Shown piece by piece: positions 1 to 9,057 of a DNA stretch of 64,000 nt. The notes under the pieces were generated by a model. It searched no databases, was not told where the DNA came from, and saw only the letters and a list, made by a program, of their open reading frames with translations. Both the position numbers and the translations under genes were made by a program. The stretch is taken from contig JAAYOU010000029.1 of assembly GCA_012520175.1 (NCBI GenBank), forward strand, positions 8,867-72,866, read 5' to 3'. Each line of letters begins with the position of its first letter. The first letter of the stretch is position 1. Origin of the DNA: Bacteroidales bacterium. GTDB taxonomy: Bacteria > Bacteroidota > Bacteroidia > Bacteroidales > DTU049.

Positions 1-392
1 TATGTTATATAATTAATTTCATTAGTTTTCATTTTCAATGTTAGTGGAAGATCCAAAAATTGAAATTTATAAATAGAGGTTACTTTAGATAATTCTGCAA
101 CTGTATCCGGTGGATATACCTGCATTACACCTAATCTTTGTAATTTTCCACCCATATAACTTACATCAAAGCCACTTGCAAAAGAAAAGTTGTCTGCAAT
201 GGTCATTTCACCAATAAATCCCCACCCTAAACCAAGCCTCATACCTTGATATTGCAAAGAGTCTTGATCTGATTTCATCCATGAAGGACCAACATTAGCA
301 TGAATCCCGAAACGGAAAAATTTTTCATTTTGAGCATTTGCAATATTTAAAATTGCTGCAAAAACAAATATTGTTAATAGAATCTTTTTCAT
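1..392 (-). CDS. outer-membrane beta-barrel protein, N-terminal part (3' end runs off the window)
   Basis: Absent from the ORF track because the window edge truncates it. The reverse complement from the ATG (top-strand CAT at 390-392) reads MKKILLTIFVFAAILNIANAQNEKFFRFGIHANVGPSWMKSD...GFDVSYMGGKL. That is a signal peptide followed by the Gly/aromatic beta-strand pattern of Bacteroidota OMP beta-barrel (PorT-like) proteins. Confidence 0.5.
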   Translation of the reverse strand, partial: MKKILLTIFVFAAILNIANAQNEKFFRFGIHANVGPSWMKSDQDSLQYQGMRLGLGWGFIGEMTIADNFSFASGFDVSYMGGKLQRLGVMQVYPPDTVAELSKVTSIYKFQFLDLPLTLKMKTNEINYIT

Positions 393-434
393 ATTTTTGA
401 TTTTTATTTCATATAACACAAAGATATAAAATTT

Positions 435-1496
435 ATGAAACAGCAAAGATTTTTTTTATTAAAAAGCAGCATTTTAATTTTTTCCGTCATTTCGTTATCA
501 TTATTTATTAGCTCTTGTGGCTGCAAACGAGAAAAAAAAGAATATACAAGAGAGATAAAAGAAAGCAAAATTGATTCTATTTCAAAAATAAAAGTATCAA
601 TAATCCGCTACGAAAAAGATTTATTTGCAATACCGATTGACAGCCTAAAAGAAGGTCTCGCTGCAATGCAAAGCAAATACAGCTTTTTTTATTCAAAAGA
701 AGATTTGGAAAATCCAGCAAACATTGTTTCAATGAAGCAATATTTAAAAGATTATACTATAAAATCTTTATACGATGAAACTATGAAGCAGTATCCATCT
801 TTAACTTGGCTGGAATCTGATTTAACTGCAATGTTTCAAAAAATAAAATATATTATTCCTTCGTGGACTGTGCCACAAGTTTACACTTATATTTCAGGTG
901 GAGACATTGAATATCCAATAAAATATGCCGACAATAATTTGGTTATTGCTTTAGATTTGTTTTTAGGACAAAATTATCCGCTGTATAAAATGTGGAATAT
1001 TCCGCAATACATCAGCAATCGCATGACCCCGCAGCATATTGTTTTAAGGTGTGCAACAGAAATTGCGCAAGCATATTTAGAAAGACAAGAATTTATGCCT
1101 AAAACCATGTTAGACAAAATGATTTGGCATGGAAAATTATTATATTTTACAGACCTTGTTGTACCAGAAGCTAAAGATTCTACACGAATTGGCTATACAA
1201 CACAGCAATTAGCATGGATGGAAATAAACGAAGGTAATGTTTGGGGATTTTTTATTGAAAAAAACTTATTGCATACTTCTAACTCTAGAGAAATTGGGAA
1301 ATTTTTAGGCGAAGCTCCGTTTACAAGCACTTTTTCAAAAAACAGTGCCCCCAGAACAGGTCAATACATCGGCTGGCAAATTGTTAGAGCTTATATGGCG
1401 AGAAACAAAAACGTTACTCCCGAAGAACTTTTAAAGCTAAATAAATCGCAAGAAATATTAAACAAATCTTCTTATAAGCCTAAGAAAAATGAGTAA
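435..1496 (+). CDS. gldB: gliding motility lipoprotein GldB-like
   Basis: 353-aa ORF with a lipobox (LFISSCG). The early RYEKDLF segment and the C-terminal APFTSTFSKNSAPRTGQYIGWQIVRAYM...SSYKPKK match my recollection of Flavobacterium GldB. Confidence 0.6.
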   Translation: MKQQRFFLLKSSILIFSVISLSLFISSCGCKREKKEYTREIKESKIDSISKIKVSIIRYEKDLFAIPIDSLKEGLAAMQSKYSFFYSKEDLENPANIVSMKQYLKDYTIKSLYDETMKQYPSLTWLESDLTAMFQKIKYIIPSWTVPQVYTYISGGDIEYPIKYADNNLVIALDLFLGQNYPLYKMWNIPQYISNRMTPQHIVLRCATEIAQAYLERQEFMPKTMLDKMIWHGKLLYFTDLVVPEAKDSTRIGYTTQQLAWMEINEGNVWGFFIEKNLLHTSNSREIGKFLGEAPFTSTFSKNSAPRTGQYIGWQIVRAYMARNKNVTPEELLKLNKSQEILNKSSYKPKKNE

Positions 1497-1499
1497 AAG

Positions 1500-1770
1500 C
1501 TACGAAATTGGTTTATAGGTTGAATTTGTGTGAAACGGGTGATGCTTGCAACTACTTGATTATCAATGTGTTAGCTTCTAGGGCAATGGCATGAGCATAT
1601 CCAAATGCTTTCTCCATCTGATTCTTTCTTTAAAATCCTAATTAAACTTTTAATCCCATTCTGTCATTTGGAATCTTATCAGATGCAATAATGGATTTGT
1701 CTTAACCATTGCAAATAGCATAATCCAAAAAATTTTTTGAAATATATACTCCATAAAATAGCTTTTTCAT
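1500..1770 (-). pseudogene. decayed IS110-family (DEDD) transposase N-terminal remnant
   Basis: One minus-strand frame reads MKKLFYGVYISKNFLDYAICNG*DKSIIASDKIPNDRMGLKV*LGF*RKNQMEKAFGYAHAIALEANTLIIK*. The M..(Y/I)G(V/I).(V/I)SK..LD.A opening and the later F/I-x-N-D-x-x-G pattern resemble IS110-type transposase N-termini. It has three internal in-frame stops and only about 90 codons remain. Confidence 0.3.
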
Positions 1771-2060
1771 ACCTTTACATTTTAGGTGAATAAATTACCT
1801 GAATGAACCAAGTTGGATTTTAGCTAAAACTATTAATAGATCTCAAACCTAACATTCTAATTGGCTCTAAAATCCAGGAAAAAGTGAGGCCTAATACTCA
1901 GGATAAGCCTTAAAACTTAGCCGCTGAAATAGTTCACCTCTTTTTCTCTGGTTCTTCAGTTATCAATAACTGAAGAACTTCTGTAAGCGGCAAAAACCAT
2001 AAATAAAAAAGCTGCCCTTTTTTGAGACAGCCTTTTATATTTTTATAAAAACTATGATTT

Positions 2061-5000
2061 TTATTTTTTTACTATTTGTATAATACCAACACTTTCACCC
2101 ATTTCTACACGCACCATATAGATTCCTGCAGGCAAGCTAGAAATATTAATTTCTCGCACATCGCCAGTGTTTTGAGCTACAATAGAGCTAAGCATATTAT
2201 ATACGCTTACAGTGGTAATTGTTTCCTTTGTTTCTATGTGCAAAATGTCTTGTACAGGGTTGGGATAAACTGTAATGTTTTGAGCAGCAAAATCTTCTAT
2301 GCTTGTTTCTACAAACTCTGCCACAATATTTACGTCTGCTACAACAATGTGTGTGCTGCCATTTTCAATTGTTTCGCCATTTAAAGTTAATGTTTGAAGT
2401 TTATAATCTGGGTTTGGTGTTGCAGTAATAATAATTGCTGCACCTTTATCAACTTTGCTGCCAATCGCTACCGGAGATCCGTTTGCTGTTACGCTAAGCG
2501 TACCGTGTTCTGGTATGTTGTAAGTTACGGTATATTGTGCTGTTTCTTCAACAAATTCTGCTACAATATTTACATCTGCCACAACAATATGAGTGTTGCC
2601 GCTTTCAAAAGGATTGCCATTTACAGTTAGAGTTTTAAGTTTGTAACCATTGTCTGGTGTAGCTGTAATAGTTATTTCGCTGTTTTTATCAACTTTGTCG
2701 CCACTTACGAGTGCTATTGTATCTAGCATTACGCTAATTGTGCCATTTTCAGGCGTTGCGAAGGCAATAGTAAACTGCTCGATTGGTATTTCCTCAAACT
2801 CAGCGGTTATTGTAACATCAAACGCAGGCATTTCAAATGTCATGCCGTTGAGCGGAACTTCTTCCGTTTCTTCGCCGGTTTTGTAAGCACGCAAAGAGCC
2901 ATCTTTCAATTTGTAGCCATCATCGGCACTAGCAGTTATGGTTACAGTTTCGCTGAATACAACTGGGCTTGCTGGTATAAATGACAGAGAACCGTTGGTA
3001 ATACCCTCAGCGATAGTAACTGCATAGCTGTTAATATCCCACTTAGCATACAACGTAAAACTGCTAGTTACCTCTGTATTAAAGTCGTATTCGTTTTGTA
3101 GCTCAGTATCAGTAAACCAGCCAATAAAGGTATAGCCCTCTTTGGTGGGAGTTTCTGGTTCAGTGAGTTTGTCTCCGTGGTTTATGGAGGTATCAGCTAT
3201 TGTGCTACCGCCATTAGTGTTAAAGGTTATGGTGTAAACCTTTATTTGCCACTTAGCATACAGTGTAAAACTGCTAGTTACCTCTGTATTAAAGTCGTAT
3301 TCGTTTTGTAGCTCGGGGTCGCTGTACCAACTCGCAAAGGTATAGCCCTCTTTAGTGGGAGCTTCTGGTTCGGTGAGTTTGTTGCCATGAGCAACGGTAA
3401 CGTTATCAACTGCAGTTCCACCATTAGTATTAAAGCTGATAATGTAAGCAGGTACTATCTTCACTGTATCTTTGATTATATTGCCAGCAGTATCGCAGAC
3501 AGCTTTTTCGTTAGGATTGAACACAGCACCAGCAGGCTCTACAATTACACAACTAATAAGTTCTACATCATTAAAGTTACGGATTGAGCCATAGTTTGTA
3601 CCAATTGCCGAAACTGTGGCATTTTCAATGGTAAGAGTATCAAGAAAATCGCCGGCAAAACCGCATGTTTTCCCTATTGTATTTACTGTACAGTTACGTA
3701 TAGTTAAAGATGAGCTATTGAAGGTAGATATCCCTGATTTATTTTTAGCGTTTATGTTAAGCGTACCGCTACCATCAATGGTTGCAGAATTTCCAGAAAA
3801 ATGAACTGTTGGGTAGTTCACACTTGATAAGTTATTATTGCCCACAATATCAATTTTTAGGTTTTCAATTTTATTGTTGATAGCATAAAGCTCTCCTGTT
3901 GCACAAATTGTAGCATCTTCAAGTTTTAGAGTTTTTGTATCAGGGTTGTAGCTTACCGAACCTTCTACACCATTTATAACGCTTAAATCATCTTTATTAA
4001 GATTTGTTACCTGTACATCACAAATCCAAAGGTCATAATAAATAATCGGCTTTATTTTTACTGTATCCGTGATGATATTACCATCAGCATCACAAATTGC
4101 CTTTATACCGTTGTTAAATACTGCTCTGGCAGGTTCAAAAATGCCACAGTTGACAAATTTTATATTTTTAAAGCCCATAATAGTACCGTCTTTTACCCCA
4201 TAAGATTTTAAAGATGCGGTTATCGTAGCGTTGTCAAAGGTAAGTGTCTTTTCGCCTGAATCACCAAAAATAGCGTTTCTACCACCAGTAACTTCAACAG
4301 TACAGTTTTTAATAGTTAGCGAGCCATTTTTCATAAATATTGCTCGGTCTTCTGCGTGAGTATTTGATAATTTAAGCGTCCCGCTACCCTGAATTGTGCC
4401 TGAAGTGTTATTTTGGAAAGCTATAGGAGACCATTCGTTACCAGTTAGATTATTAGTGCCGGAAACATCTATTTTCATATTATCAATTAGGGAAAGAATG
4501 CAGCACGTTTGCCCTGTGGTGGACATTGTTGCTCCGTTAAGCGTAAGAGTTTTCGAGTCAGAGTTGTAGCTTACCGTACCTGTTACACCATTGATAACGC
4601 TTAGGTCGTCCTTATTGGCATCAGTTACTTGCTCGCCACAAATCCATAAATCATATTTAGATATACCAATCTTTACTTCGCTTTTAATTACATTGCCATC
4701 AGCATCACAAACGGAGCCATTTATTATCTGTGCATCAGCAGGCGAGATAAAAGAGCAACCATTAAGGGTTATTCCTCCGGAAAATTTAGTAATAGAGCCA
4801 TAACTCCCTTTGGCTGTAACGGTAGCACCATTAACAATAAGAGAAGCATCCTCTGCTCCTTGGAACCCGAATCTTGCACCGATAGCGTTTACCGTACATT
4901 TCTTTATGGTAAGAGTGCTTCGATAAACCCATATCGTATTGGTGTAATATGCCTCTGAACTCACATTTAATGTGCCGCTGCCTTGGATAGTAACATCATT

Positions 5001-5369
5001 ATTAATATGTATTGCACAGGAACATCCTTCTTTAGCTGTTATCGTGTTGTTTCCTATAAGCTCTATTTTCAGTCCATTACATTGGGATGAAAAACAATAG
5101 AATGATGCAGATTTGATGGTAGCGCCGTTAAGCGTAAGGGTGTTGGTGGTAGAGTTATAGTTTACTATACCCGTTACCGTACAGCCATTTGTACCATTGA
5201 TAACGGTTAGGTCGCCCTTGTTGGCATCTGTTACCTGTACGCCGCAAATTTTAAGGTCGTACTCTGCTGCTTGCAAATTAGCAGCACCGAATAGCATCGC
5301 CACGAAAAAAGCAAGCGTAAATCTGAATTTGTAATTGTTTTTTTTCATTTTATTTTGATATTTTTTCAT
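2061..5369 (-). CDS. large T9SS-secreted surface protein (3 beta-helix-like modules of about 200 aa, 2 Listeria-Bacteroides repeats, InlB B-repeat-like Ig modules, T9SS C-terminal domain)
   Basis: 1102-aa ORF with a signal peptide. Three repeats begin YDL(K/W)ICG.QVT(D/N).NK.DL(T/S)VING. Two copies of Y(T/I)I(S/T)FNTNGG...KEGYTF..W..D.ELQNEYDFNTEVTSSFTLYAKW are present. The C-terminus VYPNPVQDILHIE...AGIYMVRVEMGESVGIIQIVKK is Por_Secre_tail-like. Confidence 0.8.
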   Translation of the reverse strand: MKKYQNKMKKNNYKFRFTLAFFVAMLFGAANLQAAEYDLKICGVQVTDANKGDLTVINGTNGCTVTGIVNYNSTTNTLTLNGATIKSASFYCFSSQCNGLKIELIGNNTITAKEGCSCAIHINNDVTIQGSGTLNVSSEAYYTNTIWVYRSTLTIKKCTVNAIGARFGFQGAEDASLIVNGATVTAKGSYGSITKFSGGITLNGCSFISPADAQIINGSVCDADGNVIKSEVKIGISKYDLWICGEQVTDANKDDLSVINGVTGTVSYNSDSKTLTLNGATMSTTGQTCCILSLIDNMKIDVSGTNNLTGNEWSPIAFQNNTSGTIQGSGTLKLSNTHAEDRAIFMKNGSLTIKNCTVEVTGGRNAIFGDSGEKTLTFDNATITASLKSYGVKDGTIMGFKNIKFVNCGIFEPARAVFNNGIKAICDADGNIITDTVKIKPIIYYDLWICDVQVTNLNKDDLSVINGVEGSVSYNPDTKTLKLEDATICATGELYAINNKIENLKIDIVGNNNLSSVNYPTVHFSGNSATIDGSGTLNINAKNKSGISTFNSSSLTIRNCTVNTIGKTCGFAGDFLDTLTIENATVSAIGTNYGSIRNFNDVELISCVIVEPAGAVFNPNEKAVCDTAGNIIKDTVKIVPAYIISFNTNGGTAVDNVTVAHGNKLTEPEAPTKEGYTFASWYSDPELQNEYDFNTEVTSSFTLYAKWQIKVYTITFNTNGGSTIADTSINHGDKLTEPETPTKEGYTFIGWFTDTELQNEYDFNTEVTSSFTLYAKWDINSYAVTIAEGITNGSLSFIPASPVVFSETVTITASADDGYKLKDGSLRAYKTGEETEEVPLNGMTFEMPAFDVTITAEFEEIPIEQFTIAFATPENGTISVMLDTIALVSGDKVDKNSEITITATPDNGYKLKTLTVNGNPFESGNTHIVVADVNIVAEFVEETAQYTVTYNIPEHGTLSVTANGSPVAIGSKVDKGAAIIITATPNPDYKLQTLTLNGETIENGSTHIVVADVNIVAEFVETSIEDFAAQNITVYPNPVQDILHIETKETITTVSVYNMLSSIVAQNTGDVREINISSLPAGIYMVRVEMGESVGIIQIVKK

Positions 5370-5465
5370 TTTTAGCGTTGAGTGTTTAAAGTTTGGAAAG
5401 CGTTACCTTGAGTTTCTTGAATTGTTGAAAAAGTTTTTCGCGAGTCTGTGTTTTGAAAATTTTTG

Positions 5466-5473
5466 CAAAAATA
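5466..5473 (-). promoter_or_regulatory. candidate Bacteroidota -7 box (TAttTTTG on the minus strand) for the 2061-5369 gene
   Basis: Top-strand caaaaata reverse-complements to TATTTTTG, matching the TAnnTTTG consensus, 97 nt upstream of the ATG at 5369. Such strings are frequent in AT-rich DNA. Confidence 0.3.
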
Positions 5474-5831
5474 TAAGAAATTAAAATTCTTTTTGGTGGC
5501 TAAACATAAAAATCTTAGTGGCTAAACAACAAATTTTAATTAATAATTAATAAATGTGTGAATTTATTTTTATGGTTATCATTTTTTCATAAATCCGTTA
5601 ACATTCTACAACATTCATTCTGTCATCTGAACATAGTATAGCAACAATTTCACCCGCTCATCATACACAAATAATTGGTTATCAAAATCTTGCACAAAAC
5701 AACCAGTTGCGTGTAACCACTTAATTATCACCACATTACATAGTCAGCTGCAATTTTGTAATTAAATAACATTTTTTTGAACCATTAAGGCATTAAGAGA
5801 CATTAAGAAATTGACTATATTCACCTTACGT

Positions 5832-6139
5832 AAAGCGGATGTCTTTTTGCAATACGCTGATTATCAGCAACTTACGCAACAAAACCTTTAAACCTAACAG
5901 GTTTCTAAAACCTATCAGGTTTATACATTGTTGCATGTCTGTAACTGCTTGTGTATTAGCAATTTATGCGGGCGACAAGCGAATAGCGAGCCCCTACTAA
6001 ACACTAAAAACCATTTTATAACTCATTGATTATTAGCAATTTATGCAAAGCGGATGTCTTTTTGCAATACGCTGATTATCAGCATCTTAGGCAAAGTGGG
6101 CACCATTCGCTAAACCGTTGATTGTCAGCGACTTATATG
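5832..6139. repeat. cluster of five dyad-core repeat units (BIME/REP-like mosaic)
   Basis: Core copies resembling cTGATTATCAGCnACTTAnGC lie at 5857-5877, 5948-5969, 6024-6046, 6071-6092 and 6117-6139. A 46-nt direct repeat at 5832-5877 and 6047-6092 matches at 44/46 positions. Confidence 0.7.
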
Positions 6140-6159
6140 AGTGGCAACAAAACAACCTA

Positions 6160-7197
6160 TCATGCTTTTTTCCTTATTTTTTCCAATAAGTCGCTAAAAT
6201 CTTGTGGGAATTGACTTTTAAAATAAAGTTCTTTCCCATTTTCAGGATGAACAAAACCTATAACTGCGGCATGTAAAGCCTGCCTTGGCATTATTTCAAA
6301 ACAATTATCTATAAATTGCTTAAATTTAGTAGTTGCATTTCCTTTAACAATCGTTTTTCCGCCATACATTTCGTCAGCAAACAATGGATGCCCGATATGC
6401 TTCATGTGTGCTCTTATTTGGTGCGTGCGTCCTGTTTCTAATTTACATTCAACAAGAGTTGCAAAGCCAAATCGCTCAATAACTTTATAATGAGTTAGCG
6501 ACCATTTCCCTTCATTTTCGCTTTCATACATAGTCATAACCCTTCTATCGCGCTGGCTACGTGCAATATATCCGCTAACAACTCCACTTTCGTTTTGCAA
6601 ATCTCCCCAAACAAGAGCGTAATACAATCTGTTTGTGGTGTGATTATAAAACTGTTTTGCCAAGTGCGTTTGTGCAAATTCTTCTTTTGCAACAACCAAC
6701 AATCCGCTTGTATCCTTGTCTATGCGATGAACCAATAATGGGAAAGTATCGTTTTCATTATTTGACTGAAAATGATATAAAAGTGCATTTAGCAACGTAT
6801 GCTCATAATTATTATATCCCGGATGAACCACCATTCCTGCTTTTTTATCAACAACAAGCAAGCTTTTATCTTCGTAAACAACATCAAGCGGAATGTTTTC
6901 TGGCAACAAATCAAGCTCTAGTGGCGGTTTTGGTAAAACTATAACAATTTCATCGCAAGGTTTTATCTTATAGTTTTGTTTGACTGGCTTGTCGTTCACC
7001 AACACACTATCAGCTTTTATGGCATTTTGAATTTTATTTCTGCTAACGCTTCCGCCAATGCGATCTACTAAAAATTTATCTATTCTAAGCAGAGACTGCC
7101 CTTTATCAACAATGAGTCTAAAATGTTCGTACAGTTCTTTTTCATCATCTGCCAAATCCGACTGATCTGTATAATAATTTAATTTATCAGAATCCAT
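6160..7197 (-). CDS. rluD: 23S rRNA pseudouridine synthase, RluD/RluA family
   Basis: 345 aa. It has an N-terminal S4-like segment (LLRIDKFL...SRNKIQNAIK) and the catalytic motif HRIDKDTSGLLVVAK, followed by GRTHQIRAHM. Confidence 0.9.
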   Translation of the reverse strand: MDSDKLNYYTDQSDLADDEKELYEHFRLIVDKGQSLLRIDKFLVDRIGGSVSRNKIQNAIKADSVLVNDKPVKQNYKIKPCDEIVIVLPKPPLELDLLPENIPLDVVYEDKSLLVVDKKAGMVVHPGYNNYEHTLLNALLYHFQSNNENDTFPLLVHRIDKDTSGLLVVAKEEFAQTHLAKQFYNHTTNRLYYALVWGDLQNESGVVSGYIARSQRDRRVMTMYESENEGKWSLTHYKVIERFGFATLVECKLETGRTHQIRAHMKHIGHPLFADEMYGGKTIVKGNATTKFKQFIDNCFEIMPRQALHAAVIGFVHPENGKELYFKSQFPQDFSDLLEKIRKKA

Positions 7198-9053
7198 TTT
7201 ACATACGAAGATTTCAGATTTTTTTTATCTATTTTTAAAGTATAAAAACCGGGATTTATTCCATCTGTATCAAAATATTTTTCGCACCATTCCTGCTTTA
7301 CAACTTTGCCATTTATGTCTATAACGCTAATTTGCTTTGATTCATCATCAGAAAATTCGATTTTTTGGCAATTATAGCAAGGATTAGGAAATAATTCAAT
7401 AGGTTTCTCTTTTTCATTTGCATAAATATGTGTCGGATTCTCTTTCCCAACAACAATTCTTATCATTGGCGTTCCTGGAGTAATAGAATTATACCATGTT
7501 CCATCAACATTGTAAAACAGATTATTGCTCCTATCAGTATTTCTATCGTATCCAAGGTTCAAAAGCTCGTCAGAAGTCTGCTTCCATCCCACATATATTG
7601 TTCCACTCACAGCAATTGGTTCGTCAAGAATATAATTATGAAAAACATTAAAGCCAGCTTCAAACTCAGGTCTAACGCCACTTTTTTCATAAATTACAGA
7701 GCCTGGCACGCCGTTGTTATCATTCCAAACCCGCAATAGAAAATAGATTTGATTGGCATCATTAACAGTGCGATTAAAAAACATTTGCACAGCCCTCAAT
7801 GTATCAGGAATATTCAATTTGAATTTATATGCCGCTTGTCCACCATTTATTGTAAGTCCATAGCCAGCTTCAGCCGTTCCATCGTCTGGAGCAAAATAAT
7901 TATAAAATTGTTGATAAAAAGCTAATGTGTCATTTTTTGAAATTGGATCGCTGATTGTTGCAGTATTAACTGAAAATTTAACTAAAAATCTCGCATTTTC
8001 AGAAACAGACGAATTGTATTGATAAGGAATAGAGCTTCTATAAAATGCTGTGTCTGTTAATTGCGGCAAATTAAAAGCACTTAAACCAGAATTATAATTT
8101 GGCGTTGTGCCCGACAAATCCTCAATAGTCAACAATTCTGTTACATTAAGCAAAGACTCGGAGTGATTTGAATAAGGCACACTAACACTGCTTGACATTT
8201 CTCCTGCAACATTAGCTTTAAAATGATTCCAAGGCATGGAATAATAATTTTTCAACAAAGTTTCATTTGCTCCACGAAAAGCCAAATCATTTGGAATTGT
8301 ATCATTCAAATTTCTTTCGCTGTTTATGTAGATGTAGTCTATGTTCCAAAAGTCGCAATTTGATGCCCATGTTGGCAAAGACAAATCTGAATAGCTAGCA
8401 ATATTCATAAATCTGAATCTGAATTTGCTGTTCATAAACGCAGTATCAACAATTGGAATCATAACGCATTTCCAAGGACTTCCGTTTTTTTGAAGAAACT
8501 TATTATACGACATTCCTTCTTTCGCCCACTGTTTTATCCACTTATTTTGATTTGCTGCATAAAATTCCAAAAGCAACGAATCATCTTCCTCGGGCTTATC
8601 ACCAAGTCCTTGCGGCTGATAAAAAAAACTAAAGTATATTGAATCTGCAGGCGTTGTTTCATGCTGAGTGCCTAGAAAAACTGAATCCAGCCTTATTTCC
8701 CGTGATGTTAGAGTGTCGGCAAAAAATGCAAAGCTAGAGCCGTGGCTGTACAAAAAACCATTTTTATCAAGCCCATCAAAAGTTGCAACTCCAATCGTAA
8801 AAGGAGAAATAGCATAGGAATTATTTATAAAAACAGATTTATCAGAGAATTTTTTTGGATCTGGATATATTTTTGTGCTTGAAAAATCCTCATAAAAAGG
8901 CATTACTAACTGCGATGCATTTTTTTGCTCTATATTTTCTTTTTCAGATGTTATTAAAACTTGGTTCAACCCTGGTGGCACAAGCTTTTCCTGTGCATTT
9001 ACAGCAACAGTAAATAAAATTATTAAAAAACTAAAAAATTTTTGCATACCCAT
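7179..9053 (-). CDS. secreted protein of unknown function with a T9SS C-terminal-like domain
   Basis: 624 aa. The signal peptide is MGMQKFFSFLIILFTVAVNAQ. The C-terminus LFPNPCYN...VIDINGKVV...GFYTLKIDKK resembles a T9SS sorting domain. The stop overlaps the rluD start by 19 nt. Confidence 0.55.
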   Translation of the reverse strand: MGMQKFFSFLIILFTVAVNAQEKLVPPGLNQVLITSEKENIEQKNASQLVMPFYEDFSSTKIYPDPKKFSDKSVFINNSYAISPFTIGVATFDGLDKNGFLYSHGSSFAFFADTLTSREIRLDSVFLGTQHETTPADSIYFSFFYQPQGLGDKPEEDDSLLLEFYAANQNKWIKQWAKEGMSYNKFLQKNGSPWKCVMIPIVDTAFMNSKFRFRFMNIASYSDLSLPTWASNCDFWNIDYIYINSERNLNDTIPNDLAFRGANETLLKNYYSMPWNHFKANVAGEMSSSVSVPYSNHSESLLNVTELLTIEDLSGTTPNYNSGLSAFNLPQLTDTAFYRSSIPYQYNSSVSENARFLVKFSVNTATISDPISKNDTLAFYQQFYNYFAPDDGTAEAGYGLTINGGQAAYKFKLNIPDTLRAVQMFFNRTVNDANQIYFLLRVWNDNNGVPGSVIYEKSGVRPEFEAGFNVFHNYILDEPIAVSGTIYVGWKQTSDELLNLGYDRNTDRSNNLFYNVDGTWYNSITPGTPMIRIVVGKENPTHIYANEKEKPIELFPNPCYNCQKIEFSDDESKQISVIDINGKVVKQEWCEKYFDTDGINPGFYTLKIDKKNLKSSYVKWILIN

Positions 9054-9057
9054 AATG

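Noticed and set aside
2005-2040. Possible terminator hairpin (aaaaaagctgcccttttttgagacagcctttt) just downstream of the 2061-5369 gene
   Set aside because: Only a 4-bp gctg/cagc stem can form, which is too weak to call. The stronger 13-bp inverted repeat at 1951-1978 is reported under the structured-region finding.
2076-4803. Plus-strand ORFs of 62-102 aa (2076..2384, 2394..2630, 2650..2886, 3387..3587, 3616..3804, 4591..4803)
   Set aside because: All lie antisense inside the 1102-aa minus-strand gene, which has clear domain content. Their peptides are low-complexity shadow translations.
6024-6139. Mini CRISPR-like layout: a 22-23-nt core, a 24-nt variable segment, then another core, at 46-47-nt spacing
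   Set aside because: Only three units are present and the cores are degenerate. The same cores occur singly and at irregular spacing elsewhere (91, 76 and 35-55 nt), the 'spacers' share sequence (aaag.gg), and there are no cas genes. It fits REP/BIME-like elements better.
1500-6160. tRNA, rRNA or riboswitch in the long ORF-free gaps (1500-2060, 5370-6160, 28961-29247, 32608-32828)
   Set aside because: I could find no cloverleaf-compatible segment with a T-loop GTTCRA motif, no rRNA-like conserved blocks and no riboswitch consensus. The gaps are explained by the repeat family and IS remnants.
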